This document shows, piece by piece, positions 59,826 through 64,000 of a stretch of 64,000 nucleotides of DNA. Position 1 is the stretch's first letter, and every line of letters starts with the position of its first letter. The position numbers were made by a program, and so were the translations under genes. The DNA comes from the human T2T-CHM13v2.0 reference genome, Homo sapiens, in NCBI RefSeq assembly GCF_009914755.1, contig NC_060928.1. One strand, 5' to 3'. Under the pieces are notes generated by a model. It did not search any database. It was not told where the DNA came from and saw only the letters and a list, made by a program, of their open reading frames with translations.

Positions 59826-60234
59826 GCAGCCAACAAACCTATAAAAAAAGCTCAATATCACTGCTTATTAGAAAATGCAAATCAAAATCACAGTGAGATA
59901 CCATCTCTCACCAGTCAGAATGGCTATTACTAAAATGTCAAAAAATTAAAGACCCTGACAACGTTGTGGAGGCAAGGCAACATTTATACACTACTGGTTG
60001 GAGTATAAATTGTTCAACTATGGTGAAAATTAGTATGGAGATTCCTCAAAGAGCTAAAAGCAGAGCTACCATTTGACCCAGGAACCCCATTACTGTGTAT
60101 ATACCCAAAGGAATATAAAGCATTCTACCATAAAGACACATGCATGTGAATGTTCACTGCAGCACTATTCACAATAGCAAAGACATGGAATCAACCTAAA
60201 TGCCCATTGATGAAAACTTGCATTAAAAAATGTG

Positions 60235-60398
60235 ATATATATATATATACACATATATAAATGTATATATACGTATATATAAATGTATATATATACGTAT
60301 ATATAAATGTATATATATACACACATACTATTGGAATACTATTCAGCTACATATACTATTGGAATACTATTCAGTCACTATAATGGAATACTATTCAG
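60235..60398. repeat. TA-rich repeat followed by three copies of tggaatactattcag
   Basis: Copies at 60332-60346, 60360-60374 and 60384-60398. Confidence 0.9.
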
Positions 60399-61094
60399 CC
60401 ATAAAAAATAGCAAGATAGTGTCTTTTGCAAGAACATGGATGGAACTGGAGGCTATTATTTTTTGCAGACTAACACAGGAACAGAAAACTAAATAGCAAA
60501 TGTCATCACTTATAAGTGGGAGCTAAATGATGATAACTTATGAACACAAAGAAGAGAACAGACATTGTGGTCTACTTGAGGGTGAAAGGTGGGAGGAGGG
60601 AGAGGAGTAAGGAAGATAACTATTAAGTACTAGGCTTAATAACTCAGTGATGAAATAATCTGTACAACGAACTCCCATGACATGAGTTTACTTATGTAAC
60701 AAAACTTTACATGTACCCCTGAACCTAAAATAAAAGTATTAAAACTTATTTTAAGAAAGAATCAATGTTGCTTTCTTCAACTAGACAGCATCATTTGATT
60801 AAACAAGAGAAAAGGTTGGCAATTTCTAAGGCACTAGAAGAGAAAGGGCAATCTAACACCTTAAATAGCAGTTCATTGTGTACAATTAAGAGTGTAGAGT
60901 TGGGTAGATTGATGTCTAACTATATTCTGTATTGGTGTTGGAAGCTTAATTTTTGTATCTACCTCTCTAGCATAAGATATTTTTGTCAATATAAATTACC
61001 TTTAGTGTGTTTACTCAACAGGAAAGTCAAGCAGGAACACTGTAACATAGTCAGAAAATAAAATTAAACAAAGGAAAGAAATCACTCATAATTC

Positions 61095-61124
61095 AACTTC
61101 AGAAGTAAACTTCAGAAGTAAACT
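61095..61124. repeat. 13-bp tandem duplication (aacttcagaagta)x2.3
   Basis: Read directly. Confidence 0.9.
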
Positions 61125-61770
61125 GCTTAGTATGATTCTTCTATTCTATCTCCTCTCATGTAGTTTATTATGTGAAAATTACTAATAAGCACTCATAACT
61201 AGATACATTCATTACCATTTTAGTTAATTAAATGAACAAGCCACTGCACTTAATTTTTGTGGAAAAGAAAATAAAATTTTATGATTCAAATAAATTAACA
61301 GTATTCACTTACATTGCTTAATAAAGAAATATGTCATTTTACTTAAAACATACCAATACTAGATTTGAAAAGAAAAAGTTGTTACTTTGGATGTCAAAGT
61401 TTTATTTTGGAGCTTCTTAAAATCCTTAAACTTCTTTAGCTCAGGCAAAACAACCTTTGGTTTTCAATGATATTTTTCCCAACTTAAATTAGAGCAGTTA
61501 CTATTCTCCTGAGTTTACTCTTTTCTTTAAATAAATTGGCTTGTTTTCTTTCAAAATAAGAGGATTGTAAGGTGATATCCACAATATAAATTGTGTGGAA
61601 TGTTCATAAGCCTTTCTAAAGTCATACACATTTCTACAAGAGGGAGCTTACATTTTGCCTTTCATATCACATACTTCTTTTCTTTGTACACCCTCTCAAT
61701 CTTGCTACTACATTTATAGGTAGTTTCAGCCTTCTGTGGTGCAGTTTTTCCCAAATGTAGATGCAATTTT

Positions 61771-62410
61771 TGTAGTAAAAAATTTACCTTACCCAAAGAA
61801 AGATCTCTGGTCTTTGCCTTTCTCTACTTCAAAGTGATCTTTGGGCTAGTAGAATGTCATGCTTGATATCGGTGTCTTTGTTTGTCTTGGGGTTCTGGCC
61901 GCTAGACAGCATAACAATGTGATTTGTAATGAGGGATTTGGGTCATGCTATGTCAGTTCTTCCTCTAGAGGGACCGGAGATTGAAGATACACTGACAGAG
62001 CTGAAGACTAAAGTTCAGCCACATAGGAAGTATGTGATCAAAGTCATGAAGTGCAATTAAAAACCGGGTACCAAGAGTTGGGTAAGCTTTCCTGGTTTCT
62101 AATACTGTCATACATTATGGCTGAGAGGAGTTAACATTGTCTATGAATCCATGGAAAGCGGACATTGGGATGCTCTATGTTTGGACTTCTCTTGAACTCT
62201 GACCTACCCATCTCTTCTTTGGACTGATTTTGATCTGTATTTTTCCCAGGAATAAACTGTAACTATGGATATTACAGTTTTCAGTGAGTTCTGTGAGTAT
62301 TCCTAGCATATCATCAAACCTAAGGGTAGTTTGTAAGTGGTGTCCGAAGTAAAGGTAGCCTTGTGTAGACTGTGTTGCGCCTTGAACTTCACAGTCGACT
62401 AACTCAGACC
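61771..62410 (+). mobile_element. MER21-like LTR
   Basis: aataaactgtaac...tcagtgagttctgtgagt...catcaaacctaagggt. Confidence 0.75.
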
Positions 62411-62649
62411 CATCCAATTTATTCATCTATAATTTATCTCACATTGTTTTCCTAATAGATTTTACTGAAGTGCAGAAGATGGTAAAAGAAAATCACTGTA
62501 CAGTAAGGAACTGTCTTTTTCATTTATTTGTTGATTATTATCTCTGATCCTAGTCCCAAAATCTCCTGCCATGAACCTGGGTTAGACCTTTTTATATATA
62601 TTTTTCCTGACCAAGGAATTCCTAAGGCCAATTTTTGATAAACAAAAGT

Positions 62650-63871
62650 ATATTAAGAAGTCTTACCATATAAAATAATGTCTGTTCCCCTAGAAATAGT
62701 ATTCAGCTTCCTTAGGGAAACAAATCAAAATACTGGCATACTGATATTCTTTAAAATTAATTAAAAAAATTAAAACACAAAACAGAAGAAAGAAAACAGA
62801 TTTTACCCCTTCCGTTATATCTCTCCAAAAGAGACTGTAAGTTCCTGGTGGAGCATTTCTTCCAATTCCTAAAATGAGCATTGACTCAGAATAGATAACC
62901 AAGTAATAAAATAACAAAAGATAGAAAATGAATATCCATTAGTCTGTACCGATACAAATAGATAAATGAACAAATGTACAAGCAGAAGGGGAAAAGTCAG
63001 AACATAATAAATGTATAATAAATAAGGGAATTTTAAAAATTATCATTATACAAGAGTACTAATGGCTGTCAGCAATATTCACTGATGAATTTTAAAAGAT
63101 GGAGAAAGGAAGTTTAAGGAGAAACAGAATATTTGAATAATCTAAAAGCATTTCCTAAATATATTTACTAATTACTGGGGTGGTTTTAACATATATCCTC
63201 AAATACTCTAAAGTCCTTGCTTCGGACTGTACAATGTAGTTCTCATCTCAAATGTGGACTGAATTTTGCTATTTATTTCTCATGACTGGAGCACATAATG
63301 GGAAAATGATAATTTTGTTTTGGAGAAACCTCAACGACGACACCTTAATCAAGTGATAAATGTGGCCATTACCAGAAATGCATCATGTTATTACCATATA
63401 TTTTCCATTAGGATATGATAAGCAGGTCACTTTGCCTCTGAGACATTCTCCCCAAAATTCAGTAGTTCCAGACCAATCATGAGAAAACATAAGACAAACA
63501 TAAATGAAGAGACATTTTACAAAATATCTGTCCTGCAGTATTCAACAGCATGGAAGTTACAATAAGAAGGGCAGATTGAGAGATTGTCACAGATTAAAGC
63601 AGGCTAAAGAGACATGATGCCTAAATGCAATGAAATGACAGAATCAGAAAAAAAGGATATTAGTGAAGACAGTGGTAAAATGTGAATAAAGCCTGGAGTT
63701 TATTCAATAATATTATGCCAATGTTAATTTCATAGAGTTTATAATTTTACAATGGTTTTGTAAATGTTGACTGTAGGGAAAACTGGCTGAAGCTTGTATG
63801 AGAACTCTTTGCATTATCTTTTCAACATTTTTTTTGTAAATCTAAAATTATTTCAGAATAAAAGTTTAAAA
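62650..63871 (+). mobile_element. L1MC3/4-like 3' UTR
   Basis: tggagaaacct...caccttaatcaagtgat, aatcatgagaaaacat, ctaaatgcaatg, tgtaaatctaaaattatttca...taaaagttt. Confidence 0.75.
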
Positions 63872-64000
63872 CTGTCAATCACCAATCTTTCACTATCTTG
63901 AGTAAGAGAACAATTTGCAACCATTCTTTACAAATACGCTTTTTTGCTTTCCTGCTTTATTTCTCTTCATAATATAGAGGGTCATATTGACAATATGCTA

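Noticed and set aside
60332-60398. CRISPR-like repeat-spacer pattern
   Set aside because: 15-bp L1-derived unit with 9-13 nt related spacers, eukaryotic context and no cas genes; a local slippage duplication

Overview
AT-rich, CpG-poor primate (catarrhine, human-like) genomic DNA with no recognisable host gene, RNA gene or CRISPR array. It is mostly transposon fossils. There are three full-length but inactivated LINE-1s of different ages (L1PA4-6-like 12.7-18.8 kb, L1PA7/8-like 35.0-41.4 kb, L1PA13-16-like 51.6-60.7 kb), several older L1MA/L1PB/L1M fragments, six Alus, L2 remnants, MaLR/ERV LTRs, and MER2 and MER47A DNA transposons. All long ORFs derive from these repeats. I found no new biological system. 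The most notable structures are: a twin-primed L1 carrying a ~1 kb 3' transduction with stacked polyA signals and tails (30.3-32.3 kb); a THE1/MST provirus that lost its 3' LTR and contains foreign, MIR-like DNA (58.9-59.8 kb); a ~55 bp 3' transduction and an open ORF0 on the youngest L1; and five short fold-back duplications between 19 and 34 kb. Subfamily names come from remembered consensus motifs, not from a database search, and boundaries of old elements are approximate.
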